Shown piece by piece: positions 11,260-22,323 of a stretch of 32,000 bases of DNA. The notes beneath the pieces were generated by a model. The model saw nothing but the letters and a program-made list of their open reading frames with translations, did no database searches and was not told the origin of the DNA. Position numbers and translations under genes: made by a program. Where the stretch lies: positions 2,160,001-2,192,000 of the forward strand of contig NC_006512.1 of the NCBI RefSeq assembly GCF_000008465.1. Direction: 5' to 3'. This stretch comes from Idiomarina loihiensis L2TR. Its GTDB lineage: Bacteria > Pseudomonadota > Gammaproteobacteria > Enterobacterales > Alteromonadaceae. Numbering within the stretch: position 1 is the stretch's first letter; each line of letters starts with the position of its first letter.

Positions 11260-11661
11260 ATGACAAAAACTCGAAAAGAAAGTCCCATTCGTCTGGATAA
11301 ATGGCTGTGGGCTGCAAGATTCTACAAAACCAGAGCACTTGCCCGACAAATGATTCAGTCAGGCAAAGTACATTATGATGGGCAGCGTAGCAAGCCTTCT
11401 AAGGTTGTTCAGCTTGGCGCTATTATCACTTTGCGTCAGGGCTTCGATACAAAAGAAGTTGAAGTCATGGAATTAAGTGAACAACGCCGCGGTGCCAGCG
11501 AGGCGCAATTACTCTATAGGGAAACCCCTGAGAGCATAGAAAAGCGCGAAAAAAATGCGGAAGCAAGAAAGCTTAATGCGTTGTATAATCCGCACCCGGA
11601 TGGACGGCCAGACAAAAAGCAGCGCCGTCAACTTATCAGAATGAAAGACAGCGGTGAGTAA
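11260..11661 (+). CDS. hslR: Ribosome-associated heat shock protein Hsp15 (S4-like RNA-binding)
   Basis: 133 aa. IRLDKWLWAARFYKTRALARQMIQSGKVHYDGQRSKPSK is nearly collinear with E. coli HslR. Confidence 0.93.
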   Translation: MTKTRKESPIRLDKWLWAARFYKTRALARQMIQSGKVHYDGQRSKPSKVVQLGAIITLRQGFDTKEVEVMELSEQRRGASEAQLLYRETPESIEKREKNAEARKLNALYNPHPDGRPDKKQRRQLIRMKDSGE

Positions 11662-11691
11662 ACCGCTTGTTGTCGATAAACAGGAGTGCCC

Positions 11692-12516
11692 ATGGAATAC
11701 CCAACTGATCAATTGTCACGCTACACCTTTGAAGAGCACGATGTGCGGGGTGAGCTCGTTCAATTGACCAGCAGCTACCAAACTTTGCTCCGTGGCCATG
11801 ACTATCCTGCGCCAGTTCAGGAGTTGCTTGGGCAAATGATGGCTGCAGTATCATTATTAACTGCCACTTTAAAATTTGAAGGTCATATTGCAGTGCAACT
11901 TCAGGGCGATGGACCACTTAACTTTATAGCAGTTAATGGCAACCATAATCAGGAACTTCGGGGTATAGCCCGGTTAAGAGCCGAAATTGACAGCGCTGAT
12001 TTGCAATCAATGATAGGCAAAGGCCAACTCATTATAACCCTGACTCCCGATACCGGTGAGCGTTATCAGGGCGTTGTCAGTGCCAGCGCCGATTCAATTG
12101 CAGCCATGCTGGAAGACTATTTTGAACAGTCAGAACAGCTACACACTCGGGTCTGGCTGCACGCCGACGGCGAACATGCAGCAGGAATGCTGTTACAGCG
12201 CCTGCCTGCAACCGGCATGGACTTAACCGGGTTCGAACATCTGGCCACTTTAACCAACACCATTACAGCCAAAGAAATTTTCACACTACCGGCTGAAGAG
12301 CTATTGCATCGTCTTTATCATGAAGAGCAAGTGCATCTGTATCCGTCACAGGAAGTCACTTTTGTTTGCGGCTGTTCACGTGAGCGCACGCTGGAGGCAC
12401 TGGCCTCAGTAAGCCCGGAAGAAATTCAGGAAATTTTAGCCGAGGAAGGCGAAATTATGATGACCTGTGATTACTGCCTGACCGAGTACCGTTTTAGCCC
12501 CTCAGACTTTAATTAA
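11692..12516 (+). CDS. hslO: Redox-regulated chaperone Hsp33
   Basis: Collinear with E. coli HslO, including the C-terminal zinc motif CGCS...CDYC. I prefer the ATG at 11692 (AGGAG 5 nt upstream) over the GTG at 11686. Confidence 0.93.
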   Translation: MEYPTDQLSRYTFEEHDVRGELVQLTSSYQTLLRGHDYPAPVQELLGQMMAAVSLLTATLKFEGHIAVQLQGDGPLNFIAVNGNHNQELRGIARLRAEIDSADLQSMIGKGQLIITLTPDTGERYQGVVSASADSIAAMLEDYFEQSEQLHTRVWLHADGEHAAGMLLQRLPATGMDLTGFEHLATLTNTITAKEIFTLPAEELLHRLYHEEQVHLYPSQEVTFVCGCSRERTLEALASVSPEEIQEILAEEGEIMMTCDYCLTEYRFSPSDFN

Positions 12517-12526
12517 TAGATAAAGA

Positions 12527-12551
12527 AAAGCCTGCTCAATTAGCAGGCTTT
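12527..12551. terminator. Bidirectional stem-loop between convergent hslO and der
   Basis: AAAGCCTGCT (12527-12536), loop CAATT, AGCAGGCTTT (12542-12551): a 10-bp perfect stem flanked by A-rich and T-rich tracts. Confidence 0.7.
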
Positions 12552-12562
12552 CTCGTTTAAAA

Positions 12563-14002
12563 CTATTTTTTCTTCTTCAGAAACTTCATCAAGCGTCTGC
12601 GTTTTCGCTGCTGCGACAAAGTAAGTTGGTTTTTCTTACCTTCATAAGGGTTAACCGGTTCACGGAATTCTACTTTTATTGGCGTACCCATAACGCCCAG
12701 AGATTTCCGGAAGTAGTTAATTAAATAGCGCTGATAAGCCCCCGGTAAATCCTTTACCTGGTTGCCGTGAATAATAATACGTGGTGGATTATAGCCACCT
12801 GCGTGCGCATATTTAAGTTTCACCCGGCGACCGCTTACCAGTGGCGGCTGATGCTCTTCCTGCGCCATTTCCATTATTTTCGTCAGCTTAGAGGTACTAA
12901 TGCGTTGCGTTGCGCTGGCATAAGCCTCTTCAACCGACTCAAATAAATGACCAACACCTGTACCGTGCAGCGCTGAAATAAAATGCAAACGGGCGAAGTC
13001 AACGAAGCCTAAGCGTCTATCCAGCTCGCGCTTTATCTCTTCTTTGTGGTCGTTTTGCAAACCATCCCACTTATTCACCGCAATAACAATTGAACGACCG
13101 GCATTTAATGCAAAGCCAATTAAGTTGAGATCCTGATCACTAATGGTTTCACGTGCATCAACCACAATAAGGACAACGTTTGCGTCCTCAATTGCCTGCA
13201 GGGTCTTAACCACCGAAAACTTCTCGATAGCCTCACCAATACGCCCACGACGACGGACTCCTGCGGTATCAATCAGAACATATTCCCGCTCGTTCCGCTG
13301 CATAGGAATATACACGGAATCGCGAGTAGTGCCTGGCATGTCATAAACGACAACCCGCTCTTCACCTAATATGCGATTGATTAAAGTTGATTTACCGACG
13401 TTCGGACGACCAACAATAGCCAGTTTAAGTGGCAGCTTATCGTAGTCAATTTCATCATGCTCCAGCTCTTCAGAGGCAACGTCCTTGGGCACGATAACAT
13501 CGGGGTATTCTTCCGCTATTGGCTTAAAGCAAATTTCCAGTAACTGCTCAACACCACGGCCATGAGCCGCCGCAATACCGTAAAGTTCGCCTAAAGATAA
13601 CGAATAGAAGTCGGCCATTGCCGAATGGGCATCAATACCGTCAATTTTGTTACAGACCAGGTAAACTTTCTTATTCTGCTTACGCAAATGGTCAGCAATG
13701 GCTTGATCACCAACGGTAACACCGTCACGCGCGTCCACCATGAAAAGAACCACATCGGCTTCGTCAACAGCAAGCAGCGACTGCTTTGCCATTTCTTCGT
13801 CAATGCCTTCTTCATCACCATGAATACCACCGGTATCAATAACAATAAATTGATAACCGTCGTAATTTGCCTGACCGTATTTACGATCCCGGGTTAACCC
13901 GGGAAAGTCCGCTACCAGTGCGTCGCGAGTTCGCGTTAAACGATTAAAAAGCGTGGATTTCCCCACATTTGGGCGCCCGACGAGCGCGACAACAGGTAAC
14001 AT
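12563..14002 (-). CDS. der: Ribosome-assembly GTPase Der (EngA), two tandem GTPase domains
   Basis: 479 aa with two G1 motifs (GRPNVGKST twice) and a basic KH-like C-terminus. Confidence 0.95.
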   Translation of the reverse strand: MLPVVALVGRPNVGKSTLFNRLTRTRDALVADFPGLTRDRKYGQANYDGYQFIVIDTGGIHGDEEGIDEEMAKQSLLAVDEADVVLFMVDARDGVTVGDQAIADHLRKQNKKVYLVCNKIDGIDAHSAMADFYSLSLGELYGIAAAHGRGVEQLLEICFKPIAEEYPDVIVPKDVASEELEHDEIDYDKLPLKLAIVGRPNVGKSTLINRILGEERVVVYDMPGTTRDSVYIPMQRNEREYVLIDTAGVRRRGRIGEAIEKFSVVKTLQAIEDANVVLIVVDARETISDQDLNLIGFALNAGRSIVIAVNKWDGLQNDHKEEIKRELDRRLGFVDFARLHFISALHGTGVGHLFESVEEAYASATQRISTSKLTKIMEMAQEEHQPPLVSGRRVKLKYAHAGGYNPPRIIIHGNQVKDLPGAYQRYLINYFRKSLGVMGTPIKVEFREPVNPYEGKKNQLTLSQQRKRRRLMKFLKKKK

Positions 14003-14005
14003 CTC

Positions 14006-15247
14006 TTATTCATTTCCTGATTGAGTATCGAGCGCGATGATATCACCGTCCCGAGTTTGTACATACATAATGTTGTTATCCACGACAGGAGCAACATAGA
14101 CTCCATCGCCGCCAACGTCGTAACGACCAACAATGTTGCCGGTTTCACTGTCCAGCCAATGCAAGTAGCCATCAAAGTCACCAACAACAATATTACCGCG
14201 ATGCCATGCGGGCGCGCTTAGCTTACGCCCAAACAGCTCGGTGTTACTCCAACGCTCAATACCACCGCTCTGGTCAAGTGAGTAAACGTGGCTGTTCACA
14301 TCGGTTAAGAAAATTCGGCCACTAGTCACCAACATGTTTTCAAATGCTTTGTAGTCGCGTTTCCAGCGTACTTCGCCACTCATGAGTTCAAGCGCGACCA
14401 GCTCTCCGTTAAACGCAACCATATACAGGGTAGTTCCCTGCGTAGCGGGTTTTGCGTCAACGTCGGCTAAACGTTCCAGTTCTGTACTTCCACTGGGCTT
14501 ACCAATAGGCTGACTCCAGGCTTGCTGCCCACTGTCTGCAATTAGTACCATACCAGAACCGTTGCTATCACCAACGACAACACCACCACTAATAATCGCC
14601 GGAGCGGAGGCACCACGAACAGTCAGCATGGGTGTCTGATATTCATATTCCCATTGCTCTTCACCGGTTTCGGCGTCCAGACTAATAACTTTCCCACCAC
14701 CAGTGTGAACGACGACACGGCCTTCGCCGACGGCTGGGTCTGACATGACCTCGTTGTTCACCTCGGTATGCCAAACAAGATCGCCAGTTTCAGCATCCAG
14801 AGCAACAACATCACCATTTTCAGTGCCCAAAAAGACACGATCATACTGAGCAACTAAGCCACCAGATATGCGCGCCGGGAAAGGGCTAGCAAATAAGCCG
14901 CTGAACCAACCTTCATCCGTAGCTTCATCAAATGTAATACGCTGACGCAAATCAATTCGCCAAAGGCGTTCACCTGTGGACTTATCAAATGCGCTGACGA
15001 TGCCATTTCGGTCGGCGGCGAAAACCTTGCCATATTCAACCACAGGATTCAGTCGGGAGAAGTGCTCACCTATACCGCTTCCAACTGAGGCGTCCCATAA
15101 AACTTTTGCTTGTACTTGCTCGGAAATAGGCTGAAGTACAGCAAACTTAGGCTCTTCATCATCGTCGCCGAATATAGAGCAACCACTAACAAGAACTGCA
15201 GCAGTCAATAACAAACTGCCTTTGGTAAAGCGTTTAATCAATTGCAT
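14006..15247 (-). CDS. bamB: Outer-membrane protein assembly factor BamB (lipoprotein, PQQ-like beta-propeller)
   Basis: 413 aa with a lipobox LVSGC and repeated beta-propeller blades. It sits in the conserved yfgM-bamB-der position. Confidence 0.9.
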   Translation of the reverse strand: MQLIKRFTKGSLLLTAAVLVSGCSIFGDDDEEPKFAVLQPISEQVQAKVLWDASVGSGIGEHFSRLNPVVEYGKVFAADRNGIVSAFDKSTGERLWRIDLRQRITFDEATDEGWFSGLFASPFPARISGGLVAQYDRVFLGTENGDVVALDAETGDLVWHTEVNNEVMSDPAVGEGRVVVHTGGGKVISLDAETGEEQWEYEYQTPMLTVRGASAPAIISGGVVVGDSNGSGMVLIADSGQQAWSQPIGKPSGSTELERLADVDAKPATQGTTLYMVAFNGELVALELMSGEVRWKRDYKAFENMLVTSGRIFLTDVNSHVYSLDQSGGIERWSNTELFGRKLSAPAWHRGNIVVGDFDGYLHWLDSETGNIVGRYDVGGDGVYVAPVVDNNIMYVQTRDGDIIALDTQSGNE

Positions 15248-15861
15248 TATGACTTAACCAGGCTGTTGAGTTTCATTTGCAGCGCCGGAGTCAATGACTC
15301 ACCAGCCTGCAATGCGCGTTCGTATGCGGCACGAGCTTCTTCGGTATTACCCTGCTCAGCCAAAATGTCGCCTTCAAGCTCTGCGGCAAAGCCCGCATAA
15401 GCTTCTGGCAACGGTTTCTTAACCAGACTTAAAGCAGCGTCAAGCTGTTCCTGAGCAATTAATACCCGAGCTAACCGGATACTGGCTAAGGCCGACATGT
15501 TTTCGTCTTCAGCGCTGTCGACTACCGACTGTAACGCAGTAACCGCTGTTGCTAAGTCAGCGCGCTCCACCGAGTGCTGAGCCAACTGCAAAGCCACCAA
15601 CTGCGCGTAAACATTTTTGGGGTTCTCGCTGACAAACTCTTGCGCTTCCAGTACCGCGTTCTCGCTACCTTCAGAGAGTTCGGCCGTCAATTGCTCGTAA
15701 TTTGCTGAAGCACGCTGCTGAGTTTCCAGCGTATGCTGGTCATAATAACGCCAGCCATAAAACAAACCAAAGCCAATAACCACGCCGGCAACAATACCTT
15801 TACCGTGTTCTTTCCAAAACTCTTTTAAACGTTCTACTTGTTGTTCTTCGGTATTATCCAC
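15247..15861 (-). CDS. yfgM: YfgM-family TPR-like membrane-anchored protein
   Basis: 204 aa with one N-terminal TM (IVAGVVIGFGLFYGW) and a helical repeat domain. GTG start. It has a 1-nt overlap (TAATG) with bamB and lies in the conserved position after hisS. Confidence 0.75.
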   Translation of the reverse strand: MDNTEEQQVERLKEFWKEHGKGIVAGVVIGFGLFYGWRYYDQHTLETQQRASANYEQLTAELSEGSENAVLEAQEFVSENPKNVYAQLVALQLAQHSVERADLATAVTALQSVVDSAEDENMSALASIRLARVLIAQEQLDAALSLVKKPLPEAYAGFAAELEGDILAEQGNTEEARAAYERALQAGESLTPALQMKLNSLVKS

Positions 15862-15865
15862 CTGA

Positions 15866-17143
15866 CTACCCTCTTGTCAGCGGCTGCAGAAACTCAATAA
15901 GTGCCTGCCAGCCCAGAGTTTGTTGTTCTTCAGCAGTGCGTAACGGTTTTACGGTTACCAGCTGCTGAGCGATTTCATCTGCACCGATAATGAGTGCCAC
16001 TTGTGCACCCGACTTATCGGCTTTTTTCATTTGTTTCTTCATAGAACCGCCACCACAGTGGCTTACCAGTCGCAGTTCCGGTAATTCATTTCTCAGCTGT
16101 TCGGCAATTCGCGGGGCATTTAGTTCCGCTTCTTCGCCTAGCGGCATTAAGTAAGCATCAACCACTCGTCTTGGGGTGAGCTTACCTTGTTCCTGTAGCA
16201 ACAGCACCAAACGTTCCATGCCCATGGCAAAACCGACTGCAGGCGTAGCCTTACCGCCTAATTGTTCAACCAGACCGTCATAACGACCACCGGCACAAAC
16301 GGTACCCTGAGCGCCCAGAGCCGTGGTGACCCATTCAAACACGGTACGGTTGTAATAATCCAGACCACGAACCAAACGTTCGTTTAAAGTATATGAAATA
16401 CCAGCCGCTTCCAGACGAGCCGTTAATTGCTCAAAGTGCTCTTTCGATTCAGCGTCCCAGTATTCGGATAGACTAGGCGCACCTTCCAGAATCTTCTGAG
16501 TCTTTTCGTCTTTACTATCCAGAATACGCAACGGATTGCTTTCAAGCCGGCGTTTACTGTCGTCATCCAGCTCGCTTTCATAGTCAGACAAGTAAGCTTT
16601 TAACGCATCACGGTAATTCGCCCGAGCTTCATTAGATCCCAGAGAGTTCAGTTGCAGCTCGACCTGATCGGCAAGACCAAACTCGCGCCATAATCTGGCT
16701 GAAAGCAGAATGACTTCCGCATCGGCATCGGCACTTTCTAAACCAAAGGTTTCAATGCCAAATTGATGGAACTGACGATAACGCCCCTTTTGTGGGCGTT
16801 CGTAACGGAACATAGGCCCCATATACCACAAACGCTGAATTTGGTTGTACAACAAACCGTGCTGATTACCCGCGCGCACGCAGCTTGCTGTCCCTTCCGG
16901 ACGCAAGGTTACGCTTTCGCCATTGCGGTCATCAAAGGTATACATTTCTTTTTCGACAATATCGGTAACTTCACCAATAGAGCGTTTAAACAGTTGTGTG
17001 CTTTCCAGCACCGGCATACGGATTTCGCTATACCCGTAGCTTGCAGCAACGCGTCGTATTACTGCTTCAACCTGTTGCCAGGCCGGACTCTGCTCTGGCA
17101 ACAAATCATTCATGCCACGAATTGCTTGGATTGTATTCGCCAC
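15866..17143 (-). CDS. hisS: Histidine--tRNA ligase
   Basis: 425 aa. [18 protein letters not shown]... is collinear with E. coli HisRS. GTG start with a GAAGG SD. Confidence 0.95.
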   Translation of the reverse strand: MANTIQAIRGMNDLLPEQSPAWQQVEAVIRRVAASYGYSEIRMPVLESTQLFKRSIGEVTDIVEKEMYTFDDRNGESVTLRPEGTASCVRAGNQHGLLYNQIQRLWYMGPMFRYERPQKGRYRQFHQFGIETFGLESADADAEVILLSARLWREFGLADQVELQLNSLGSNEARANYRDALKAYLSDYESELDDDSKRRLESNPLRILDSKDEKTQKILEGAPSLSEYWDAESKEHFEQLTARLEAAGISYTLNERLVRGLDYYNRTVFEWVTTALGAQGTVCAGGRYDGLVEQLGGKATPAVGFAMGMERLVLLLQEQGKLTPRRVVDAYLMPLGEEAELNAPRIAEQLRNELPELRLVSHCGGGSMKKQMKKADKSGAQVALIIGADEIAQQLVTVKPLRTAEEQQTLGWQALIEFLQPLTRG

Positions 17144-17185
17144 GGAACCTTCTCGTCTGGTTATCGATACAGAAAATAAGCGGGT

Positions 17186-17214
17186 ATTATAGGGACTTTG
17201 TCGATGCGGGTAAA
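17186..17214 (-). promoter_or_regulatory. Putative sigma70 promoter for hisS (TTTACC-17 nt-TATAAT on the minus strand)
   Basis: The reverse complement of 17186-17191 is TATAAT and that of 17209-17214 is TTTACC, with a 17-nt spacer. The element lies between the ispG stop and the hisS start. Confidence 0.4.
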
Positions 17215-17215
17215 A

Positions 17216-18334
17216 TCAACCGTTAATTTCTTTTACATCAATTTTATTAGCTTCAATGAACTTAACCTGCTCGCGAATTTGGGCTTCCAGTTCATCCACT
17301 AAATTCTGGTTATCCAGTCGGAGTTTTTGACGTGCTCCGCCAATGTACAAACCACTTTTGTTTTTTGCGCCGGCAAGACCGACATGCGATACCAGAGCTT
17401 CGCCCGGACCATTCACCACACAGCCTATTATTGAAACATCCATTGGAATAGTAATATCTTCCAGGCGCTCCTCTAAAGCATTAACAGTGTTAATAACATC
17501 GAATTCTTGTCTGGAACAACTTGGGCAGGCAATAAAGTTGATACCCCGCGCGCGAATACGCAGTGACTTTAATATATCAAAACCCACTTTAATTTCTTCA
17601 ACCGGATCGGCAGCAAGGGACACCCGCAACGTGTCGCCAATACCTTCAGCCAGCAACATGCCTAAACCAACTGACGACTTCACCGCACCGCTGCGCTTAC
17701 CACCGGCTTCTGTAATGCCTAAGTGCAAAGGCTGATCAATTTTTTGTGCCAGTAAGCGATACGATTCAACGGCTAAAAATACATCGGAAGCTTTAACGCT
17801 GACTTTAAAATCGTAAAAGTCCAGCTTATAGAGAATATTGACATGCCGCATTGCGGATTCAACTAACGCCTCAGCTGTCGGTTCTCCGTATTTTTCTTGC
17901 AGATCTTTTTCTAGTGAACCGCCATTAACCCCAATACGAATTGGAATGTTACGTTCACGTGCTGCATCGACTACGGCTTTAATTCTGTCTTCGTGACCAA
18001 TATTGCCCGGATTAATACGTAGGCAATCCGCGCCATATTCGGCAACTTTAAGCGCAATACGGTAATCAAAATGAATGTCAGTAACTAAAGGCACTGGGCT
18101 GCGCTGCTTTATTTGCTTAAAAGCTTCGGCGGCTTCCATTGTTGGTACAGACACACGAACAATATCGGCACCAGCTTGAGCCAGCGCTTCGATTTGCGCT
18201 ACGGTCGCATCAACATCGGTTGTTTCAGTATTTGTCATGGACTGCACAGCAATCGGTGCGCCATCGCCAATAGGCACATTACCTACATACAAGCGGCGTG
18301 AAGGACGGCGTTTAATTGGATTTTCGTGCATCAT
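17216..18334 (-). CDS. ispG: 4-hydroxy-3-methylbut-2-en-1-yl diphosphate synthase (flavodoxin)
   Basis: [36 protein letters not shown]... is collinear with E. coli IspG. The track ORF start at 18439 is an upstream extension overlapping rodZ, so I use the ATG at 18334 (or 18331). Confidence 0.95.
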   Translation of the reverse strand: MMHENPIKRRPSRRLYVGNVPIGDGAPIAVQSMTNTETTDVDATVAQIEALAQAGADIVRVSVPTMEAAEAFKQIKQRSPVPLVTDIHFDYRIALKVAEYGADCLRINPGNIGHEDRIKAVVDAARERNIPIRIGVNGGSLEKDLQEKYGEPTAEALVESAMRHVNILYKLDFYDFKVSVKASDVFLAVESYRLLAQKIDQPLHLGITEAGGKRSGAVKSSVGLGMLLAEGIGDTLRVSLAADPVEEIKVGFDILKSLRIRARGINFIACPSCSRQEFDVINTVNALEERLEDITIPMDVSIIGCVVNGPGEALVSHVGLAGAKNKSGLYIGGARQKLRLDNQNLVDELEAQIREQVKFIEANKIDVKEING

Positions 18335-18350
18335 AACCTTAAATTGACCT

Positions 18351-19448
18351 CTACTGCTCTTCTGACGGTACGGTAAAGCGCGCGACACGACCAGTCCGGA
18401 ACTGGTCCATATTAAAGGCATTACCGTTAAAGCTGACATTAACAGCTTCAGGTTTACACAGTGTTACTGAAAAAGGCGCTTCGCCAGGGACTGGCATACG
18501 GTAGCCTGCAGCTTTTACACCAACAGCCTGAGTTTCACCGGAAGCATCATCAATTTTAACCCAGCATTCTTCATTAAACTCTAACACCAGGCTGGCTGAA
18601 ACCGCTTCTGGTTGCGGCGACGGCTCAACAGCTTCTGACTCGACCGAAGTTTCAGCTTGGTTATCTGTCTGCTCGGCAGTTTCAGTTGGTAACTCTTGGG
18701 TATCGTTAACATCATTAGCCGCCGAATCAGTGTTAGCGGCCTGCGATTCGTCGTTATTCTCGTTGTCATTCTCGCCGCTTTCACTAACGGGTTCTTGTAC
18801 CGACTCGACCGCAACATTCGTGTCATCAGCTTCAACTTCTGACTCTAATATAGCTTCATCTTCATTCGGCGCAATTTGTGGCTCTGTCGGCTGGTTTGAA
18901 ATTTCAATATCACCGACGTTATCAGCTTCATCATCAGTATTTACCGGAGAAACTTCTGAACTTTCCTGCGTGCCAGTTTCGCCTTCACTAAAACCAAGAT
19001 CCGGCTCTTGCCACCACCAAATAACCAAGGCCACAACAATAATGATAACCACATAAGTAATTAACATTAAGCGGTTGTCGCTTTCTTCATGCTTTTTACG
19101 TCTTGAGAAGCTCTGCATCTGGCTGCTTTCAACTTCTTTATAGCCTCTGGCTTTATAAGCCTCAAACAGCTCGGTATCGTCTAAATCAAGCAGTTTGGCG
19201 TAAGAGCGTAAATAACCTTTAATAAAGGTTGCCGTAGAGAAAGTTGAATAATCATCGGCTTCCAGTAATTCAATAATCTGCTTTCGCAAACGCAACTGGT
19301 CTGCAACCTCGCGTTGCTCTAAACCTTTAGCTTCACGGGCTTCTCTCAGAATTTCACCAGGACCTTTACTCGGCTTTTGCTCTGTTTCTTGTGCCGCTTC
19401 CGATTCTGGCTTTTTGTTATCTTGTGTTGATTCGTTTTCAGCAGTCAT
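18351..19448 (-). CDS. rodZ: Cytoskeleton protein RodZ
   Basis: It has an N-terminal XRE-type HTH ([22 protein letters not shown]), a TM ([20 protein letters not shown]), a long acidic linker and a C-terminal DUF4115-like domain. I use the ATG at 19448 (MTAENEST); the track start at 19508 overlaps pilW. Confidence 0.85.
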   Translation of the reverse strand: MTAENESTQDNKKPESEAAQETEQKPSKGPGEILREAREAKGLEQREVADQLRLRKQIIELLEADDYSTFSTATFIKGYLRSYAKLLDLDDTELFEAYKARGYKEVESSQMQSFSRRKKHEESDNRLMLITYVVIIIVVALVIWWWQEPDLGFSEGETGTQESSEVSPVNTDDEADNVGDIEISNQPTEPQIAPNEDEAILESEVEADDTNVAVESVQEPVSESGENDNENNDESQAANTDSAANDVNDTQELPTETAEQTDNQAETSVESEAVEPSPQPEAVSASLVLEFNEECWVKIDDASGETQAVGVKAAGYRMPVPGEAPFSVTLCKPEAVNVSFNGNAFNMDQFRTGRVARFTVPSEEQ

Positions 19449-19468
19449 GATTGTAAGGGGTTTCCCTG

Positions 19469-19924
19469 TTATGGTTGAGCTGCGTCGTGACCTACCCGAG
19501 CCAGACATTCGGCTTTATTGGCCTCAGCTCTGGCATGATGTGGATACACTGGATCCAATGTCACTTTATCAAAATACCTGAGTGCTTTTTCCCAGTCACC
19601 AGCCACACACAGTGCAACCGCATAGTTATTGTACAATGCACCGCTCATAGGTTGCCATGATAATGTCTGTTGGTAAAGTGACAAAGCAGAATCAACGTCA
19701 TTTGTCGCTAAATACCATTGCCCTAAGGCAAGATTGGCATCCAGAGACCGGGGATTGTTCGTCAATGCGGTTTGCAAATGCGGATGCGCAAGCTTCAATT
19801 TCCCTTGCGCCAAATAAGCAAGTCCAAGCTGCAACCGTACATCATTACCCACAGATACCGACTGTTCAGGGTTAGCGGTACAACCATATAGCGCTGCGGC
19901 TATCAATAATAAAGCGGTTCGCAT
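19469..19924 (-). CDS. pilW: Short TPR lipoprotein, PilW/PilF-like (type IV pilus biogenesis/stability family)
   Basis: Lipoprotein signal MRTALLLIAAALYGC followed by TPR-like repeats. It occupies the conserved slot between rlmN and rodZ, as Pseudomonas pilF does. ATG at 19924 with AAGGAG 7 nt upstream. Confidence 0.55.
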   Translation of the reverse strand: MRTALLLIAAALYGCTANPEQSVSVGNDVRLQLGLAYLAQGKLKLAHPHLQTALTNNPRSLDANLALGQWYLATNDVDSALSLYQQTLSWQPMSGALYNNYAVALCVAGDWEKALRYFDKVTLDPVYPHHARAEANKAECLARVGHDAAQP

Positions 19925-19957
19925 TATCACACTCCTTGTGCCTGCGATTCTGTTAAT

Positions 19958-21094
19958 TTACGTGGTCTTTACAGCTATTGCTTCCCCACCACGCTGTTTC
20001 TGCTGACGTTTCAGTATACGTTTTGTACGATCGATGACATCGCCCACTAATTGCCCGCAAGCTGCATCGATATCATCCCCACGAGTCTTCCGTACCATTA
20101 CCGTCAAACCGTACTCCATAAGCACTTTGGCAAAACGGTCAATTCGCGAGTTACTGGAGCGTCCGTAGTCCGAACCCGGGAAAGGATTAAATGGAATAAG
20201 ATTAATTTTACTCGGGGTATCTTTTAAGGTTTTTGCCAGCGCATGTGCCTGATCGGTTGAATCGTTCACATGGTCCAGCATGACATACTCTACCGTTACT
20301 TTACGCTGAGCTTTTGACTGCTCAACATAACGACGGCTGGATGCCAGAAATTCTTCAATATTGTACTTCTTATTAATAGGTACAATCTCGTTGCGCAACT
20401 CATCGTCTGGCGCGTGCAACGAAATAGCCAACATCACATCAATGCGTTCACGCAGTTTTTCCAACGCAGGAACAACACCTGAAGTACTTAACGTAACGCG
20501 GCGTTTGGATAAACCGAAACCCAGGTCATCTAACATTAGCTCCATTGCCGGAACTACATTGTTTAAGTTAAGCAAAGGTTCCCCCATGCCCATCATAACC
20601 ACGTTCGTTACGGGTTTAATTCCGGTCTTGCCATAAGCCCCTAACAGCTGATTCACCCGCCATACCTGACCGATGATTTCTGCCACACTGAGGTTACGGT
20701 TAAAGCCTTGAGCCCCGGTTGAGCAGAAAGTGCATTCTAATGCACAACCAACCTGAGAAGACACGCACAAAGTAGCGCGATCACCCTCGGGTATCCATAC
20801 TGTTTCCACGTCCTGACCGTCAAACAGGGTCATGGCGAACTTAATCGTACCGTCCGATGACTGCTGCTGTTCGCGAACTTCAGGCGCGCGTATTTCAGCG
20901 ACTTGCTTGAGCTTTTCACGCAAGGCTTTATTAAGATTGGTCATCTCATCAAAGTCATCGACACAAAAGTGATACAGCCACTTCATTACTTGTTCAGCAC
21001 GAAATGGTTTCTCACCCATTTCACGAAAGAACTCTTTAATTCCCTCACGATTCAGGTCGAGTAAGTTCACTTTTTTATCTATTGCGTTGGTCAT
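19958..21094 (-). CDS. rlmN: 23S rRNA/tRNA adenine-C2 methyltransferase RlmN (radical SAM)
   Basis: 378 aa with the radical-SAM CxxxCxxC motif (CALECTFC) and a conserved C-terminal Cys (DIDAACGQL). Confidence 0.95.
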   Translation of the reverse strand: MTNAIDKKVNLLDLNREGIKEFFREMGEKPFRAEQVMKWLYHFCVDDFDEMTNLNKALREKLKQVAEIRAPEVREQQQSSDGTIKFAMTLFDGQDVETVWIPEGDRATLCVSSQVGCALECTFCSTGAQGFNRNLSVAEIIGQVWRVNQLLGAYGKTGIKPVTNVVMMGMGEPLLNLNNVVPAMELMLDDLGFGLSKRRVTLSTSGVVPALEKLRERIDVMLAISLHAPDDELRNEIVPINKKYNIEEFLASSRRYVEQSKAQRKVTVEYVMLDHVNDSTDQAHALAKTLKDTPSKINLIPFNPFPGSDYGRSSNSRIDRFAKVLMEYGLTVMVRKTRGDDIDAACGQLVGDVIDRTKRILKRQQKQRGGEAIAVKTT

Positions 21095-21115
21095 AAAGCT
21101 CCGGTTTTCTGATGC

Positions 21116-21161
21116 AGCCTGACGTTTCCGTCAGGCTCTCACCTGATGCAATAGCATCAGG
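21116..21161 (-). other. Two adjacent 8-9 bp stem-loops in the ndk-rlmN spacer
   Basis: AGCCTGACG/TTTC/CGTCAGGCT (21116-21137) and CCTGATGC/AATA/GCATCAGG (21142-21161). Neither is followed by a U-run on either strand, so they are not canonical intrinsic terminators. Confidence 0.5.
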
Positions 21162-21179
21162 CTACATTCGAATACAGTC

Positions 21180-21611
21180 TTAGCGAGTGCGCTGGCAAAC
21201 TTCTTCGTCGCTGAAGAAGTAAGAGATTTCACGTGCAGCAGATTCAGTTGCATCTGAACCATGTACCGCATTTTCGTCTATAGTTTCAGCATAGTCGGCA
21301 CGAATAGTTCCTGCCAGTGCTTCTGCAGGATTCGTAGCACCCATGATGTCGCGGTTCTTACGTACAGCGTCTTCACCTTCAAGAACCTGAACAACGATAG
21401 GGCCTGAAGTCATGAATTCAACCAAAGCGCCAAAGAAAGGACGTTCTTTGTGTTCTGCGTAGAAACCTTCTGCCTGTTCTTTGCTTAAGTGCATCATTTT
21501 AGCACCAACAATGCGAAGACCAGCAGATTCAAAACGGTTATAGATAGCGCCGATTAAGTTTTTTGCAACTGCATCAGGCTTGATAATTGATAGAGTGCGC
21601 TCTAAAGCCAT
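21180..21611 (-). CDS. ndk: Nucleoside-diphosphate kinase
   Basis: [28 protein letters not shown]... with the catalytic NAVHGSD motif. The ATG at 21611 gives the canonical 143 aa; the track start at 21626 adds 5 residues. Confidence 0.95.
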   Translation of the reverse strand: MALERTLSIIKPDAVAKNLIGAIYNRFESAGLRIVGAKMMHLSKEQAEGFYAEHKERPFFGALVEFMTSGPIVVQVLEGEDAVRKNRDIMGATNPAEALAGTIRADYAETIDENAVHGSDATESAAREISYFFSDEEVCQRTR

Positions 21612-21777
21612 GGTTATAAACTCCAATAAAATTAAGGGATAAATCAGTCGCGCGGATTATACGTGAGATCGGCGCAGAAATCGAATACCCAGTGATTGTT
21701 TTTTCATTCATTCTCAGCTAGGATGAGAGAACTTATATAGCCATATAGACGTCTATTTGACGATAAGGAGTTCTGAC

Positions 21778-22323
21778 ATGGCGAACAATGAATATGAACA
21801 AGCCACTCTTGGTGGGGGTTGCTTCTGGTGTGTTGAGTCAGCCTTCCTTCAGGTAAAAGGCATTCAGTCGGTTAAATCGGGCTACACTGGCGGGCATACC
21901 ATCGATCCAACTTACGAGCAGGTTTGCAGTGGCGAAACAGGACATGCCGAAGTTGCACAACTCCAGTACGATCCAGAGCAGATCTCTTACCGTCAAATCT
22001 TAGAAATCTTTTTCACTTTGCACGATCCAACTCAGGTGAATCGTCAGGGTAACGATGTGGGTACTCAATATCGCACATCAATTTTTTATCATAACGACGC
22101 GCAAAAACGTGAAGCGGAAAGTATTATTGCGGAACTTGAAGCCGATGCAGCATTTGCAGCTCCTATCGTAACGGAAGTGACTGAGTTAGGGACTTTTTAC
22201 CCGGCAGAGAATTACCACGAAAACTACTACGCCAGAAACCCGGAAAACCCGTATTGTCAGGCGGTAATTTCACCGAAGCTGGCTAAGTTCCGTAAAACCT
22301 TTGCTGGCCTGCTTAAGGACTAA
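21778..22323 (+). CDS. msrA: Peptide-methionine (S)-S-oxide reductase MsrA
   Basis: GGGCFWC active-site motif near the N-terminus. ATG at 21778 preceded by AAGGAG (21765-21770). The track start at 21757 is a TTG. Confidence 0.93.
   Translation: MANNEYEQATLGGGCFWCVESAFLQVKGIQSVKSGYTGGHTIDPTYEQVCSGETGHAEVAQLQYDPEQISYRQILEIFFTLHDPTQVNRQGNDVGTQYRTSIFYHNDAQKREAESIIAELEADAAFAAPIVTEVTELGTFYPAENYHENYYARNPENPYCQAVISPKLAKFRKTFAGLLKD

Noticed and set aside
16763-17735. Long plus-strand ORFs (16763-17179, 16996-17226, 17343-17735), and similar ones at 8326-8661, 13625-13897 and 18730-19056
   Set aside because: They lie antisense to strongly conserved genes (hisS, ispG, gspD, der, rodZ). Their translations are low-complexity or compositionally odd and have no start context, so they are typical shadow ORFs.
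18700-19000. Long acidic low-complexity stretch in rodZ, and the acidic/lysine-rich tail of gspD (8106-8200), as possible repeats or novel domains
   Set aside because: The periplasmic linker of RodZ is known to be variable and low-complexity. The nucleotide sequence shows no true tandem repeat unit.
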